Assembly: GCA_028534125.1 (NCBI GenBank)
Contig: CM052817.1
Coordinates: 59,832,001 to 59,896,000 of the forward strand
Direction of reading: 5' to 3'
Length of the DNA stretch: 64,000 nucleotides
Origin: Lama glama
Lineage: Eukaryota
Position 1 is the stretch's first letter; each line of letters begins with the position of its first letter. The translations under genes and the position numbers were made by a program. This document shows positions 62,501-64,000 of the stretch, in pieces. The notes under the pieces were generated by a model. That model was not told where the DNA came from, did not search any database, and was given only the letters and a program-made list of their open reading frames with translations.

Positions 62501-64000
62501 TGCTTAGAATGAGCATGCTAGGCTTCTTAATTTTTCACCTTGAAATTATATAGACTTCTCTGCATGTCTCAAGTGCAGCTGAACAACTCCAATCTTTCCC
62601 CTTCTACACCCAATTAGGTTTTCTCCAGTGAGTTTACTTGTGGCAAGGTATACTTGTGGCAAACTTGCTCAAAAAATTTAAAGAATTGGGGGAGGGAAGA
62701 GAGAGGGAAAGAGGGAGGGAGGGAGGGACAGGCAGTACCAGATCTACTCTCTACTTTGAAATCAAAAATAAGTCGCTTCTCCTTTGGTGGGGAAGGATAG
62801 AGCAAAGCTAAGAGGTCAAACTTCTTTCTTAAACATTCCCACCCTTTTTGGAACTAAGAATAAGGATTACCACTTGTAGCTTAATCTCTAAGAAGGTTCC
62901 ATGTTTATTCCCAGAACACATCTGCATCTGGCAATCTGTGTAAAAAAAAAAACATCATAGAATTCTTCCACATGAAGAATTTTATAATGTGATTTAAGTT
63001 AATTTTTCTGACTGTATTAACTGTCTTTGATAGCATAGGGAAGGACAGTTTCTAGTTAAAAGCTGAGGAGTGTTGGTCTAGAGCCTTGAGCTATACACAT
63101 CATGAACAAAAGTTTTTGATTAGGCTAAGATTCTATCATTTTTTTGGAGAGAACTTCAAATGTAAACCCTCTAGCATTTGTATACTTTTATAATCCTCAG
63201 CCACATACAAATGTGACCTATAGGTATTTGTATAAAATGCTTTGATTTGCTTCACTTATTTATTAATTGAATAAGTCATATTAACCCCTTACATCTATTA
63301 TTACTGATGCAATTTCCAAAATCTTTATCATTAACTTCTTTATCCATCTTGGAATCACGGTGTCAGGATATCTTGAACTGAATGAGTTGGCTGTATCTAT
63401 TTCAACAACAGCGTATTCGACAGCATTATTCTAAACAAGAAAAAACATGTGAAAGTTACAGGGTTAAGTATATATTGACAAGCAATTAAAAACAGAAAAG
63501 TGAGGATTGCTACTGAGTAGAGTGGTTGTCCATGGCAGAAAAGCTGTTGATGAAATAGAAAAGGTTTACTTAGGTAAGTACCATGTTGCTAGTAATAATT
63601 TTAGTAAAGATAACATATTCATTAATGTGAGGGGGAAACCTGTTCTGACATGCTTTATGAGGCAGAAAAATGGAAGGAGTGAAATAATTTAGAAAATAAA
63701 GAATCCATCCTAAAATAATAAATATCACATGAATCTGACTTCCAGGTCTTCTCAAATCCTTTGAAATGTATAAAGTTCTGTACAAGTATAAAGTCTTACT
63801 AAAGAAAATTATTCCAAATTTATAGGCAGAGTGAGAAAAAAACAATTTGGGAAATTATCATTTAGGGAAGTTTATGTCAGAGACATAGCACATCAAGAAA
63901 TGCTGAGATAATTTAATCAAGCAATTTGCTTGTCATCATGATCCTTGAATATTGTTAAGCCATTTATAGCTAATATAGTTTTTGATGGAATAAAAACTAT

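Noticed and set aside
1..64000. CRISPR array, operon, defence island or other prokaryote-type system
   Set aside because: The sequence is mammalian repeat-rich DNA, with no regularly spaced repeats and no long intact ORFs.

Overview
AT-rich, CpG-depleted mammalian genomic DNA, almost certainly camelid (alpaca/llama/camel), judged from a vic-1-type tRNA-derived SINE at 45.9 kb and cetartiodactyl-type L1 3' ends. It reads as deep intron or gene desert. No protein-coding gene, RNA gene, CRISPR array or prokaryote-type system is supportable. The recognisable ORF-track peptides are decayed LINE-1 ORF2 pieces; the rest are L2, microsatellite or chance ORFs. A large part of the window is interspersed repeat: L1s of several ages, many L2 and MIR fragments, MLT1/MLT2 LTRs, and MER63/MER81 hAT elements. 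Family names come from my recollection of consensus sequences, and old-repeat boundaries are approximate. The most interesting non-repeat signals are splice-architecture motifs: a minus-strand 6-nt microexon candidate with a perfect TACTAAC branchpoint (22.6 kb), a neighbouring 115-nt exon candidate (23.6 kb), and a plus-strand AG|GTGAGT recursive-splice-like junction (35.8 kb). There are also retrotransposition footprints (a poly(A)-tailed LTR retrocopy, two twin-primed L1s, a poly(A)-only insertion) and an unexplained 73-bp dispersed duplication. I cannot confirm a novel biological system from sequence alone.
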